A DNA stretch of 37,628 bases from Acidimicrobiia bacterium (GCA_035996165.1 DASYJT010000037.1:1-37628); one strand, 5' to 3'; counted from the first letter of the stretch, positions 7,727-16,984 are shown. Numbers and translations: made by a program. The notes: generated by a model not told the origin, from the sequence alone.

Positions 7727-8890
7727 ATGGATCTCGAGGAGACGGCGCCGCTCCGCGGCGCCGGGCCGGAACCTGCTCTCGAAGGCGCGGCCCGGCCACC
7801 CCGTCGCCGGACATCCCGGCTCGCGCTCGCGGCGATGTTCCTCGGCGTTCTCATCGCGGTCGGCGTGCTCGTCGGGTTCGAGGTCAGGATGCCGTACACC
7901 ACCATCGCTCCCGGTGAGGCGCTCTCACTTCCCCCGCTCGTCACGGTGACGGGAGCGAAGTCGTATCCCGAACCGCGCGGTGACATTCGCCTGCTCTTCG
8001 TCCGCGAGGCGAACCACGTCAACTTCTGGCAATACGTGCGCGCGCGCCTCGATTCCGATATCGATCTCGTCAAGGACACCGCGGTGAACCCCGGCAATCT
8101 TTCGCAGACCCAGCTCCGCGATCAGGGACTCCAACAGATGGCCGACGCGAAGGCGGCCGCGACCGCGGTCGCGCTGCGGGCCGCGGGCTACAAGGTCGGT
8201 GTCACCACCGGTGTCGTCGTCAGCGACTTCGACCCGCGCTTTCCCGCGATCAAGGTGTTGCATTTCGGCGACACGATCCTGGCGGCCGACGGCCGTCCGG
8301 TCACCGTCTCGAAGGATCTCAGCGCCGCGGTCGCGAAGCACAAGGCGGGCGAGACGGTGACGCTCGACGTCCTGCGCGCCGGGAAGCGCATCACCGTGCG
8401 CTGTCCGATCGCGACGAATCAGGGTCGGAAGGTCATCGGTGTGCTCGCCGCACCGCGCTTGAAGTTCCCATTCCCGGTCAAGGTCGACACGACAAACATC
8501 GGCGGCCCGTCCGCCGGGCTCGCGATGACGCTGGCGATCTACGACGACCTGACGCCGGGGGATCTCACCGGCGGACACCGGGTCGCGGTCACCGGAACGA
8601 TCGACGCCGCGGGCAACGTCGGCGAGATCGGCGGCATCCAACAGAAGGCGATCTCCGCACGCGCCGCGCACGTGAGTCTGTTCCTCGTCCCGCAATGCTC
8701 GCCCGACGATCCCGCCGCCGCGCTCGCGGCATGTAAAGCGGACCTCACCCGTACCGCGCAGCGCGCCGGCAGCAAGATCAAGGTCGTACCGGTGTCGTCG
8801 TTCGCACAGGCACTGGACGTATTGCGCGAGAACGGCGGAGCCGTTCCGTCGAGCAGCTCGTCTACGACTTCGACGACGATCGCCGCCTGA
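7727..8890 (+). CDS. PDZ domain-containing Lon-like S16 serine protease (YlbL/Rv3194c-like), membrane anchored
   Basis: TM helix LALAAMFLGVLIAVGVLVGF, a PDZ (FGDTILAADGRPV..GETVTLDVLRAG), and the Lon_C motifs GGPSAGLAMTLAIYD and GGIQQKAISA (Ser-Lys dyad). The start at ATG 7727 was chosen to avoid the small minus-strand gene. GTG 7679 and 7553 are alternatives. Confidence 0.8.
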   Translation: MDLEETAPLRGAGPEPALEGAARPPRRRTSRLALAAMFLGVLIAVGVLVGFEVRMPYTTIAPGEALSLPPLVTVTGAKSYPEPRGDIRLLFVREANHVNFWQYVRARLDSDIDLVKDTAVNPGNLSQTQLRDQGLQQMADAKAAATAVALRAAGYKVGVTTGVVVSDFDPRFPAIKVLHFGDTILAADGRPVTVSKDLSAAVAKHKAGETVTLDVLRAGKRITVRCPIATNQGRKVIGVLAAPRLKFPFPVKVDTTNIGGPSAGLAMTLAIYDDLTPGDLTGGHRVAVTGTIDAAGNVGEIGGIQQKAISARAAHVSLFLVPQCSPDDPAAALAACKADLTRTAQRAGSKIKVVPVSSFAQALDVLRENGGAVPSSSSSTTSTTIAA

Positions 8891-9013
8891 CCGGCGACGA
8901 CGCAACGATCTGCAACAACTGCAACACGGGGGGCGATTTTTCCCGCGGGGCCGATTAACATGCCACGAAGGCGGACACACGGCATCCCTCGCGTTGGGGG
9001 TATGGGGGTTCCG

Positions 9014-10807
9014 ATGAGCGAGTCCGACCGACGTCAACGACTGGTCTCCAGCACGCCCCGGCTTTCGAGCGACGAGATAGCCAACCGTTCGTTCGCGAAG
9101 GGTGTGCGCGGTTTCAGTGAGACCGAGGTGCGCAGCTTCCTGCGGCGCATCGCCGAGGAGATTGCGGTCGCGCGCGGTCACGAGCAAGAGCTCGAGTCCG
9201 CGATCGACACGCTGGAAGAGCAGGTCCGGATCCCGCGGGCGCTGACCGAGCAGGAGCTGCTCGACGCCCTGGGCGAGGAGACCGCCCGGCTCCTGCGCTC
9301 GGCGCGTGAAGCGAGCGACGACATCCGCAAGAAGGCCGAGGAGCGGGCCGGGCGGCTGGTCGAGGAGGCGAACGCCGCGGCGGAGCGGACGCGTTCGGAA
9401 GCCGCGGAGCTGCTTGCTCACCGCACGGCCGAGGCCGAGGCCAAGACCTCCGACCTCGTTGCCGCCGCCGAAGCGCGCGCGGCCGGCGCGCTCGACGCGG
9501 CCCGGTCCGAGGCCGAGAAGATCCTCGACACCGCGCGGCTGCACGGTCGGGAGATGCTCGATGAGGCGAAGTCCGCGCGCGAACGAGTGCTCGGCGATCT
9601 CGTGCGCCGGCGCGCGCTGTTGAACGGACAGATCGAAGCACTGCGGGGCGGGCGCGACCGGTTGCTCGACGCGTACCGCACTGTCAAAGGCACGTTCCTC
9701 GAGGCGACCGAAGCACTCGCGCAGGTCGAGGCGCGTGCCGCGGTCGAACGCTCCGCGCCGCACGAGCCGATCGACATCGACGCGGAGATCGCCGAAGAGA
9801 TCGAGAAGCTCGACGGTTCGGCGCCGATCGATCTCACCGACGCGACACTGATCGACGGATCCGCGCCGGCCGGCGCGAACGGATCCGGCGGGACCGACGA
9901 CGGTTCCGGCGAACGGGTGCAACTCGTTCCGGCGGCTTCGAGCGGCGACACCGACACCGACGTCGCCACCGCCCTCGCCGACGTCGATTCGTTGTTCGCC
10001 CGCTTGCGGGCCGGCCACGACGAGCCCGAGTCGGCGGGCGCCCCCGAAGCCGCCGCCGGCAGCAGTTCCGGGCGTGGAGACGCTACGGAGGCGCTCCCCG
10101 CGACGACCGGTACGGCCACGACCGTTCTCACGCCGCCGGGTCCCGCGGTCACCGCCAAGGAATGGCGCGCGCTCCGGGCCAAGGCCATCGATCCGCTGCT
10201 CGCGCCCGCGCTCAAGCGGGCCAAGCGCCGGGCTCAGGACGACCAGAACGCGTTGCTCGACTCGGTGCGCCGCCACAAGGGTCGGCCCACCTCGGAGCAG
10301 GTGCTCGGCGACGGCGATGCCGCGCGCGACGGTTGGTCGAAGGTGTTGCGCGACGCGATCGACCGCGCGTACGGCGCGGGCCGGGCGGTCACCGGCGCCG
10401 ACACCCAACCCGCGACCGACGATCTCGCGGCCGAGGCGGCCGACTTCGTCGTGCACCCGCTGCGGGAACGACTCACGGTCGCGATCGACTCGGGTGAGGC
10501 GGGCGACACGGGCGGACTCGTCGAGCGCATCGGCGCGCGTTATCGCGAATGGAAGAACCAGTCATTGGAGCGCACCCTCGGCGAGGTGCTCGCGTCGGCG
10601 TGGACTCGCGGGGTCTACGACGCGGTCCCGGACGAGGCCATCCTGTGGTGGATCCCCTTCGAAGAGGGCCGGTGCTCCGACTGCGACGACAACGCGCTCG
10701 AGCCGACCGTGAAGGGAAAGCAGTTCCCGACCGGCCAGGCGCTCCCACCCGCGCATCCGGGTTGCAAGTGTCTCCTCGCACCGGCCGGCTTCGTCCAAGG
10801 TAAGTAG
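9014..10807 (+). CDS. DivIVA-domain coiled-coil protein with C-terminal MuF/SPP1-gp7-like Cys motif
   Basis: N-terminal DivIVA signature (LSSDEIANRSFAKGVRGFSETEVRSFLRRIAEEI), then a long Ala/Glu/Arg coiled coil and an acidic linker. The C-terminus is WWIPFEEGRCSDCDDNALEPTVKGKQFPTGQALPPAHPGCKCLLAP. The start may be ATG 9014 (GGGGG 5 nt upstream), 9002 or 8960. Confidence 0.75.
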   Translation: MSESDRRQRLVSSTPRLSSDEIANRSFAKGVRGFSETEVRSFLRRIAEEIAVARGHEQELESAIDTLEEQVRIPRALTEQELLDALGEETARLLRSAREASDDIRKKAEERAGRLVEEANAAAERTRSEAAELLAHRTAEAEAKTSDLVAAAEARAAGALDAARSEAEKILDTARLHGREMLDEAKSARERVLGDLVRRRALLNGQIEALRGGRDRLLDAYRTVKGTFLEATEALAQVEARAAVERSAPHEPIDIDAEIAEEIEKLDGSAPIDLTDATLIDGSAPAGANGSGGTDDGSGERVQLVPAASSGDTDTDVATALADVDSLFARLRAGHDEPESAGAPEAAAGSSSGRGDATEALPATTGTATTVLTPPGPAVTAKEWRALRAKAIDPLLAPALKRAKRRAQDDQNALLDSVRRHKGRPTSEQVLGDGDAARDGWSKVLRDAIDRAYGAGRAVTGADTQPATDDLAAEAADFVVHPLRERLTVAIDSGEAGDTGGLVERIGARYREWKNQSLERTLGEVLASAWTRGVYDAVPDEAILWWIPFEEGRCSDCDDNALEPTVKGKQFPTGQALPPAHPGCKCLLAPAGFVQGK

Positions 10808-10825
10808 TCGGGCACGATCAGCGTC

Positions 10826-10844
10826 CGCGCCCTCCAGGGGCGCG
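10826..10844 (+). terminator. GC-rich hairpin after the DivIVA-like gene (no U-tract)
   Basis: CGCGCCC (10826-10832), loop tccag, GGGCGCG (10838-10844), located 19 nt after the stop at 10807. Confidence 0.35.
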
Positions 10845-10867
10845 AGCCGTGACGTACTATCCGCGGG

Positions 10868-13800
10868 ATGCGTGTAACGCCGGTCGAGGGCCAACGACGT
10901 CCGTTCGGCCTGCGGGCCTGGCTGATCGTCGCCGCGGCCATCGTCGTCGTCTTGCTCTTGAGTTTGCGCGGGCTGGCGCGCTTCTACACCGACTACCTCT
11001 GGTTCAAGGATGTCGGGTTCGCACACACCTGGCGCGCGTTGCTGTCGGCGAAGGCCGTGCCCGCGCTGATCTTCTCGGCGGTGTTCTTCGTCGTGATCCT
11101 GGTGAACCTCGTCGTCGCCGACCGCGTCGCGCCGCGCTTTCGCGGTACGGGCCCCGAAGACGAGATCATCGAGCGCTACCGCGGCTACGTCGCTCCTTAC
11201 GCCGGGCGCGTGCGCATCCTCGTGGCGTTGTTCTTCTCGTTGATCATGGGCTCCGGCGTCTCGGCCCAGTGGCAGAACTGGATCCTCTTCTCGAACTCGA
11301 CCTCGTTCGGGAAGAAAGACCCCCAGTTCCACAAGGACATCTCTTTCTACGTCTTCCGGTTGCCGTTCCTGCAGTTCGCGGCCGGATGGATCTTCGCCGC
11401 GCTACTCGTCGTGTTGATCGTCTCGGCCGTCTTCCACTACCTGAACGGCGGAATCCGACTGCAGAGCCCGTTCCAGCGGGTGACCCCGCAGGTCAAGGTG
11501 CATCTTTCGGTGCTCCTCGGGCTGATGGCGCTCACGAAGACGTACCAGTACTACCTGGCGCAGTTCGCCCTCACGAAGTCGCGTTCCGGATTCGTCGACG
11601 GCGCCACGTACACCGACGTGCACGCGCACCTGCCGGCGCTCCGGCTGCTCATCGTCATCTCGATCGCCGCCGCGGGCCTGTTCATCGTCAACATCTGGCG
11701 GCGGGGTTGGGTGTTCCCGATCATCGCGGTCGGCCTGTGGGGCTTCATCTCGATCGTGGTCGGCACCATCTATCCCGCGGTGATCCAGAAGTTCCAGGTC
11801 CAGCCGAACGAGCTCACCAAGGAACAGCCGTACATCAAGCTCAACATCGCGGCGACGCGCGACGCGTTCGGGCTCGCGAACATCTCTACGCAACAATTCA
11901 CGTACGACGGCACGTTGAACAAGGCCGCCACGACTGCGGCCAAGTTGCCCACGCTCGACAATGTCCGTTTGTACGACCCGCTGCAGGCGCAGGACGCGTT
12001 CAAGATCACGCAGGAAGTGACGCCGTTCTATTCCTTCACCGACGTCGACGTCGATCGCTACAAGATCGGATACGAAAGAGCGAAGCCGATTCTCGCCTCG
12101 GTGCGCGAGCTCGATCTGGCGCATCTCCCCGACAACTCGTGGACGAGCCAGCACCTCGTGTACACGCATGGTTACGGCGCGGTTGCCGCCGCGGCCAACG
12201 AGGTGAACACCGACCAGCCCAGCTACGTGCTCACGGGCATCCCGCCGACCGGCGAGCTCAAGACCAACCTCGACACGAGGCACACCGGCGTCTACTTCGG
12301 TGAGGGCCTCAACGGTTACTCGATCGTCGACACGAAGGTCGCCGAACAGGAGGCGACGAGCACCGGCAACACGAAGGCCACGACCTACCAGGGCCTCGCC
12401 GGCGTGAAGGTCTCGAGCTTCTTGCGCAAGAGCGCGCTCGCACTGCGCTTCGGCGACTGGAACCTGCTCGTATCCGGACAGGTGACGAACAATTCCCGCG
12501 TCATCTACGTCCGCGATGTCAAGCAACGGGTGCAGACGATTGCGCCGTTCCTGAAGTTCGACTCCGACCCGTACCCGGTGATCGTCGGCGGAAGCATCAA
12601 GTGGGTGCTCGACGCGTACACGACCTCGAACGACTACCCGTATTCGCAGTCGATCCATCCGCAGGAGCCGCTCACCAGCGGTCTCAACACCGACTTCAAC
12701 TACGTGCGCAACTCGGTCAAGGCGACCGTCGACGCGTACGACGGCACCGTGCGTTTCTACGTGGTCGACCCCACCGACCCGATCATCAAGACGTACCGCA
12801 AGGCGTTCCCGGAGCTCTTCCAGGACGTGAACACGATGGACCCCGGCCTGCGCGCCCACCTGCGCTACCCGGAAGACATCTTCAGCGCGCAGACGGAGCA
12901 GTACGCGCTGTACCACATCACCGATCCCGTCCAGTACTTCAACAAGCAGGCGATCTGGGACATCTCGCCGAGTCCCGACACGTCGAGCGCCGCGCCGGTC
13001 GCGTCCGCGGTCGCGGGCGGGAACAACGGCGGTCGCAACAACACGCTGCTGCCGTCGGGGAGCCCGATCAACCCGCTCTACCTCACGATGGGACTCCCGA
13101 AGACCAAGGATCAAACCGCTCCGTCGCCCGCGGAGTTCGTGCTCGAGCGATCGTTCACGCCACGCCGCAAGGGCGGGATCCTGTCCGCGTTCGTCTTCGC
13201 GAGATCCGACGGCGCCAACTACGGGAAGCTCGTCGTCTACGAGGTGCCCGACACCAGCGCGCCGTCGCCGGGCCAGGCCGCAACGCTCATACAGTCCGAC
13301 CAATTCATCAGCAGTGAGTTCACGCTGTTGGGCAACACGGGCTCGAAAGTGGTTCAGGGCGACGTGCAGCTCCTGCCGATCGGCAACGCGATCATGTACG
13401 TGCGCCCGGTTTGGGTTCTCGGCGAGGGCAACACCACGTTCCCGCGTTACGAGTTCGTCGCGGCCGCGGTGGGTCAACACGCCGTGCTCGGCTGCGACAT
13501 GCAAGACGCCGTGACGGCACTCTTGAACAACACGCAGACTCGGCTGCAGACCTCGCCGAACCGCCGGTGCAGCGGCGCGGAGCCGCCTGTGACCACGCCG
13601 GGCGGTGGCGGCACGACGACGACGACCACCACGGCGCCCGGAACGCAGACCACGGTCACCGCGCCCCCGTCGAACGCGTCCGCGACCCAACTTCTCAAGG
13701 ACGCCCAGACGGAGTTCGATCTCGCCAACACGGCGCTGGCCAACCAGGACCTCGCGGGCTACCAGTCGCACAATGCTCGGGCCGCGAAAGATGTCGCGGC

Positions 13801-13870
13801 CGCGGCGACGAAGTTGAACGTCTCGGCCACGACCACCACGACCACCACGGCCACTACGCCGAAGCCCTGA
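10868..13870 (+). CDS. UPF0182 family large integral membrane protein (Rv3193c-like) with Thr-rich C-terminal tail
   Basis: 1000 aa. The N-terminal multi-TM region contains YTDYLWFKDVGF, followed by a large extracytoplasmic domain. TACTAT (10855-10860) lies 7 nt before the ATG. Confidence 0.85.
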   Translation: MRVTPVEGQRRPFGLRAWLIVAAAIVVVLLLSLRGLARFYTDYLWFKDVGFAHTWRALLSAKAVPALIFSAVFFVVILVNLVVADRVAPRFRGTGPEDEIIERYRGYVAPYAGRVRILVALFFSLIMGSGVSAQWQNWILFSNSTSFGKKDPQFHKDISFYVFRLPFLQFAAGWIFAALLVVLIVSAVFHYLNGGIRLQSPFQRVTPQVKVHLSVLLGLMALTKTYQYYLAQFALTKSRSGFVDGATYTDVHAHLPALRLLIVISIAAAGLFIVNIWRRGWVFPIIAVGLWGFISIVVGTIYPAVIQKFQVQPNELTKEQPYIKLNIAATRDAFGLANISTQQFTYDGTLNKAATTAAKLPTLDNVRLYDPLQAQDAFKITQEVTPFYSFTDVDVDRYKIGYERAKPILASVRELDLAHLPDNSWTSQHLVYTHGYGAVAAAANEVNTDQPSYVLTGIPPTGELKTNLDTRHTGVYFGEGLNGYSIVDTKVAEQEATSTGNTKATTYQGLAGVKVSSFLRKSALALRFGDWNLLVSGQVTNNSRVIYVRDVKQRVQTIAPFLKFDSDPYPVIVGGSIKWVLDAYTTSNDYPYSQSIHPQEPLTSGLNTDFNYVRNSVKATVDAYDGTVRFYVVDPTDPIIKTYRKAFPELFQDVNTMDPGLRAHLRYPEDIFSAQTEQYALYHITDPVQYFNKQAIWDISPSPDTSSAAPVASAVAGGNNGGRNNTLLPSGSPINPLYLTMGLPKTKDQTAPSPAEFVLERSFTPRRKGGILSAFVFARSDGANYGKLVVYEVPDTSAPSPGQAATLIQSDQFISSEFTLLGNTGSKVVQGDVQLLPIGNAIMYVRPVWVLGEGNTTFPRYEFVAAAVGQHAVLGCDMQDAVTALLNNTQTRLQTSPNRRCSGAEPPVTTPGGGGTTTTTTTAPGTQTTVTAPPSNASATQLLKDAQTEFDLANTALANQDLAGYQSHNARAAKDVAAAATKLNVSATTTTTTTATTPKP

Positions 13871-13950
13871 GCCCTCACGGGCGCTGATTCCGGGCTGACT
13901 TTCCTGCCGCGAGCGGTTGCGGAATCTCCGCTTCGGCGTACGGTGATTCC

Positions 13951-14154
13951 GTGGACTGGATGGACGGAGACCAGAGCAACGCCCGCATCGCGCAGGCGTC
14001 GGGCATGGTCAGCGTCCAGGTCGACTGCACGGTCGACGACGCCCTCGTCCTCATGCAGGCCCGAGCGGATTCCGACGATCGCAGCCTCGACGCAGTGGCC
14101 CGTTCGGTCGTCCACGGCGACATCCGCTTCGACGACAAGTTCTCCTCCAACTAG
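13951..14154 (+). CDS. Stand-alone ANTAR domain protein (64-67 aa)
   Basis: [49 protein letters not shown] matches the actinobacterial ANTAR pattern (I.QA.GM....L..s.deAl..Lr..A......l..vA..VV...l.F). An in-frame stop at 13885 limits the ORF. TACGGT (13939-13944) lies 6 nt before GTG 13951. Confidence 0.6.
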   Translation: MDWMDGDQSNARIAQASGMVSVQVDCTVDDALVLMQARADSDDRSLDAVARSVVHGDIRFDDKFSSN

Positions 14155-14180
14155 CCACCCTGGGCTTGGTCCGGCTCCCC

Positions 14181-14213
14181 GGGATTGTTACTATGGCCGT
14201 AGTGTTAATTGCC
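14181..14213 (+). promoter_or_regulatory. Putative operator/promoter element upstream of sufB (copy 1), imperfect palindrome ACTATGGCCGTAGT
   Basis: GGGATTGTTACTATGGCCGTAGTGTTAATTGCC. About 25 of 33 positions are identical (manual alignment) to the element in front of the second suf half-operon, in the same orientation relative to the downstream gene. It is AT-rich relative to the window. Confidence 0.55.
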
Positions 14214-14278
14214 CGGTCGCCGGGCCGGGCGCCCGCCTGGTTCCTGCCGCCGATCGGGCTTCGAGGAGGCGTCTGCCG

Positions 14279-15682
14279 ATGGCTGTTCAGGGCATCGATC
14301 TCGGCAAGTACAAGCTCGGTTGGCACGACACCGAGAGCTACGCGGTCACGCCCAAGAAGGGGCTGAACGAGCAGGTCGTCCGCGACATCTCGTACCACAA
14401 GTCCGAGCCGGAGTGGATGACGAAGTTCCGCCTCAACGCCCTGAAGCGGTTCGAGCGCAAGCCCATGCTCGAGTGGTTCTCGAAGAACATGCCCACCATC
14501 GACTTCGACGACATCTACTACTACTTGAAGCCCACGCACGAGGGCGCGGTCTCCGACTGGGACATGCTCCCGGAGGAGATGAAGGCCACGTACGAGAAGC
14601 TCGGGATTCCCGAAGCCGAGCGCAAGTTCCTCGCGGGCGTCACGAGTCAGTACGACTCCGAGGTCGTGTACCACAAGAACCGTGAAGACCTGGAGCGCAA
14701 GGGCATCCTCTTCACGAGCATGGACCAGGCCCTCATCGACTACCCGGAGATCGTGCAGAAGTACTTCGGCACGGTCATCCCGCCCGGCGACAACAAGTTC
14801 GCCGCGCTCAACTCGGCCGTCTGGTCGGGCGGCTCGTTCATCTACGTTCCGCCGGGCGTGCACGTCGACATGCCACTGCAGGCGTACTTCCGTATCAACG
14901 CGGAGAGCGCGGGCCAGTTCGAGCGCACGCTGATCATCGCCGACGAAGGCGCGTCGGTGCACTACGTCGAGGGTTGCTCGGCGCCGGTCTACACGAACGA
15001 TTCGCTGCACTCGGCCGTGGTCGAGCTCATCGCCAAGCCCGGTGCGCGTATCCGTTACACCACGATCCAGAACTGGTCGCCGAACGTCTACAACCTCGTC
15101 ACCAAACGGGCGCGTGCGGAAACCGAGGCAACCGTCGAATGGATCGACGGCAACCTCGGCTCCAAGCTCACGATGAAGTACCCCGCGGTAGTGATGACCG
15201 GTCCGAAGGCGCACGGCGAAGTGCTGTCGGTGGCGTACGCGGGTGCGGGTCAACACCAGGACGCCGGCGCCAAGATGACCCACGCCGCGCCCGAGACCAC
15301 CTCGATCATCGACTCGAAGTCGATCAGCAAGGACGGCGGGCGCACGACCTACCGCGGTCTCGTGCGGGTCGAAGAGGGTGCGCACAACGTCAAGAGCCAC
15401 GTGCGGTGTGACGCGCTGATCCTCGACGAGGAGTCGCGCAGCGACACTTACCCGTACATGGAGATCGAAGAGAAGGACGCGCGCATCGGCCACGAGGCCA
15501 CGGTCTCGAAGGTCGGCGACGACCAGCTCTTCTACCTCCAGAGCCGCGGACTCAGCGAGCAGCAGGCCACCGCGATGATCGTGAACGGTTTCATCGAGCC
15601 GATCACGAAGACGCTCCCCATGGAGTACGCGGTCGAGTTGTCGCGCTTGATCGAGCTGAACATGGAAGGCGCGGTCGGCTAG
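14279..15682 (+). CDS. sufB: Fe-S cluster assembly scaffold SufB
   Basis: Internal ATG of track ORF 13943..15682 with GAGGAGG 9 nt upstream. [17 protein letters not shown].. and the C-terminal [25 protein letters not shown] are typical SufB. Confidence 0.9.
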   Translation: MAVQGIDLGKYKLGWHDTESYAVTPKKGLNEQVVRDISYHKSEPEWMTKFRLNALKRFERKPMLEWFSKNMPTIDFDDIYYYLKPTHEGAVSDWDMLPEEMKATYEKLGIPEAERKFLAGVTSQYDSEVVYHKNREDLERKGILFTSMDQALIDYPEIVQKYFGTVIPPGDNKFAALNSAVWSGGSFIYVPPGVHVDMPLQAYFRINAESAGQFERTLIIADEGASVHYVEGCSAPVYTNDSLHSAVVELIAKPGARIRYTTIQNWSPNVYNLVTKRARAETEATVEWIDGNLGSKLTMKYPAVVMTGPKAHGEVLSVAYAGAGQHQDAGAKMTHAAPETTSIIDSKSISKDGGRTTYRGLVRVEEGAHNVKSHVRCDALILDEESRSDTYPYMEIEEKDARIGHEATVSKVGDDQLFYLQSRGLSEQQATAMIVNGFIEPITKTLPMEYAVELSRLIELNMEGAVG

Positions 15683-15685
15683 CGC

Positions 15686-16984
15686 ATGACCGAAGCGTTC
15701 ACGGCCGATGCCGCGCGGGCGTTGGGCGGACCGGAGTGGTTGGTTCGGCGGCGGGAAGCTGCCGTCGAACGGCTTTCCGAGGTCGTCTGGCCGACGCCGT
15801 CCGAGGAGATCTGGCGTTACTCGCGCATCGATCAGCTCGACCTGTCACGGTATCGCCCGTTCGCAGTCGAAGAGCTCGGCGCGGCCGGCGACGAGCGCGC
15901 CCCGGGCGGTGGCCCGTGGGCCGCGGAAGCGGGCAAGCACTCGGGCATGATCGTCGTGCGCGACGGCCGGGTCGTGCACCACGAGCTCGACCCCGCGCTC
16001 GAGGCGAAAGGCGTTCGAGCCTGCGGTATCGCGACCTGTGAGGACGACCTCGTCCGCTCCCTGATCGGAACCGCATCGGGCGCATCGGAAGACTCGTTCA
16101 CCGTCTTGCACGACGCCTTTTTGGCGGGCGGAGCGTTCGTGCACGTTCCGGCCGGGGTCGTGGTCGACGATCCGATCCTCGTACTGCACTGGTGCGAAGG
16201 CGACGGCCGCGCCTCGTTCCCGCACACGCTGGTCGTGCTGGAGGAAGGCGCGCAGGCCACCGTGCTCGACCGGTTCGGCTCGCCGCAGACCGACCACCTC
16301 GTCGACGCGGTCACCGAACTGCTCGTCGACGACAACGCACACCTTCGTTACCTCACCGTGCAGGAGCACGGTTCGAGCACGTGGCATCTCGGTTTCCAGC
16401 GCGCGCACGTCGGCCGCGACGCGACCTTGCGTACCTCCGCGGTGGCGCTCGGCGGCGGCTACGCGCGCCTGCGTAGCGAAGCGCTTCTCTCGGGGCAGGG
16501 TGCGGAGAGCGACCAGCTCGCGGTGTACTTCGGCGACGGCGAGCAGATGCTCGACTTCCGGACCTTGCAGGACCACGACGCTCCGAACACGCGCAGCGAC
16601 CTCCTGTTCAAGGGCGCGGTGGAGGACACGGCTCGTTCGGTCTACTCCGGCCTCGTGCGCCTGCGCCCCGCCGCGAAGAAGGCCAACGCGTCGCAGACCA
16701 ATCGCAACCTGGTGCTCACCGAAGGGGCCAGCGCGGAATCGATCCCGAATCTCGAGATCGAGGCGAACGACGTGCGCTGCTCGCATGCGTCGACCGTCGG
16801 GCCGATCGACGAGGAACAGCTCTACTACCTCGAGTCGCGCGGTATCCCGCCCGAGGAAGCCGAGCGACTCATCGTGCTCGGGTTCTTCGACGATGTGTTC
16901 GAGCGCCTGCCGGTGGGCGCGCTCACGAGCGGCCTGCGCCGTTCCGTCGTCGACAAGCTCGAGCACGCCCGGGCGAGGCGATGA
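15686..16984 (+). CDS. sufD: Fe-S cluster assembly protein SufD
   Basis: 432 aa. Beta-helix SufB/D family, with the C-terminal EEQLYYLESRGIPPEEAERLIVLGF. It starts 3 nt after sufB. Confidence 0.85.
   Translation: MTEAFTADAARALGGPEWLVRRREAAVERLSEVVWPTPSEEIWRYSRIDQLDLSRYRPFAVEELGAAGDERAPGGGPWAAEAGKHSGMIVVRDGRVVHHELDPALEAKGVRACGIATCEDDLVRSLIGTASGASEDSFTVLHDAFLAGGAFVHVPAGVVVDDPILVLHWCEGDGRASFPHTLVVLEEGAQATVLDRFGSPQTDHLVDAVTELLVDDNAHLRYLTVQEHGSSTWHLGFQRAHVGRDATLRTSAVALGGGYARLRSEALLSGQGAESDQLAVYFGDGEQMLDFRTLQDHDAPNTRSDLLFKGAVEDTARSVYSGLVRLRPAAKKANASQTNRNLVLTEGASAESIPNLEIEANDVRCSHASTVGPIDEEQLYYLESRGIPPEEAERLIVLGFFDDVFERLPVGALTSGLRRSVVDKLEHARARR

Noticed and set aside
7925-10456. Very long antisense ORFs in the track: 843 aa here, plus 11402..13771 (789 aa), 17127..19595 (822 aa), 31184..33262 (692 aa), 25511..27181, 4214..5761, 14051..15493, 34269..35486 and 35180..36688.
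   Set aside because: All are extremely Arg/Gly/Ala/Pro/Asp-rich with no recognisable motifs. Each lies opposite a well-supported gene with clear family signatures. Open shadow frames of this kind are expected at ~70% GC.
13943-14278. N-terminal extension of the sufB ORF (track 13943..15682).
   Set aside because: The extension overlaps the ANTAR ORF in another frame, is Ser/Arg/Pro-rich, and crosses the operator-like element. ATG 14279 has a GAGGAGG SD, and SufB homology starts there.
14204-14278. Searched the sufB leader for the dual hexaloop hairpins expected of ANTAR target RNAs.
   Set aside because: Only a short GCCCGG-tcg-CCGGGC hairpin (3-nt loop) and a GGGCGCCC palindrome are visible. 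Neither fits the motif by eye, so no ANTAR target is claimed.
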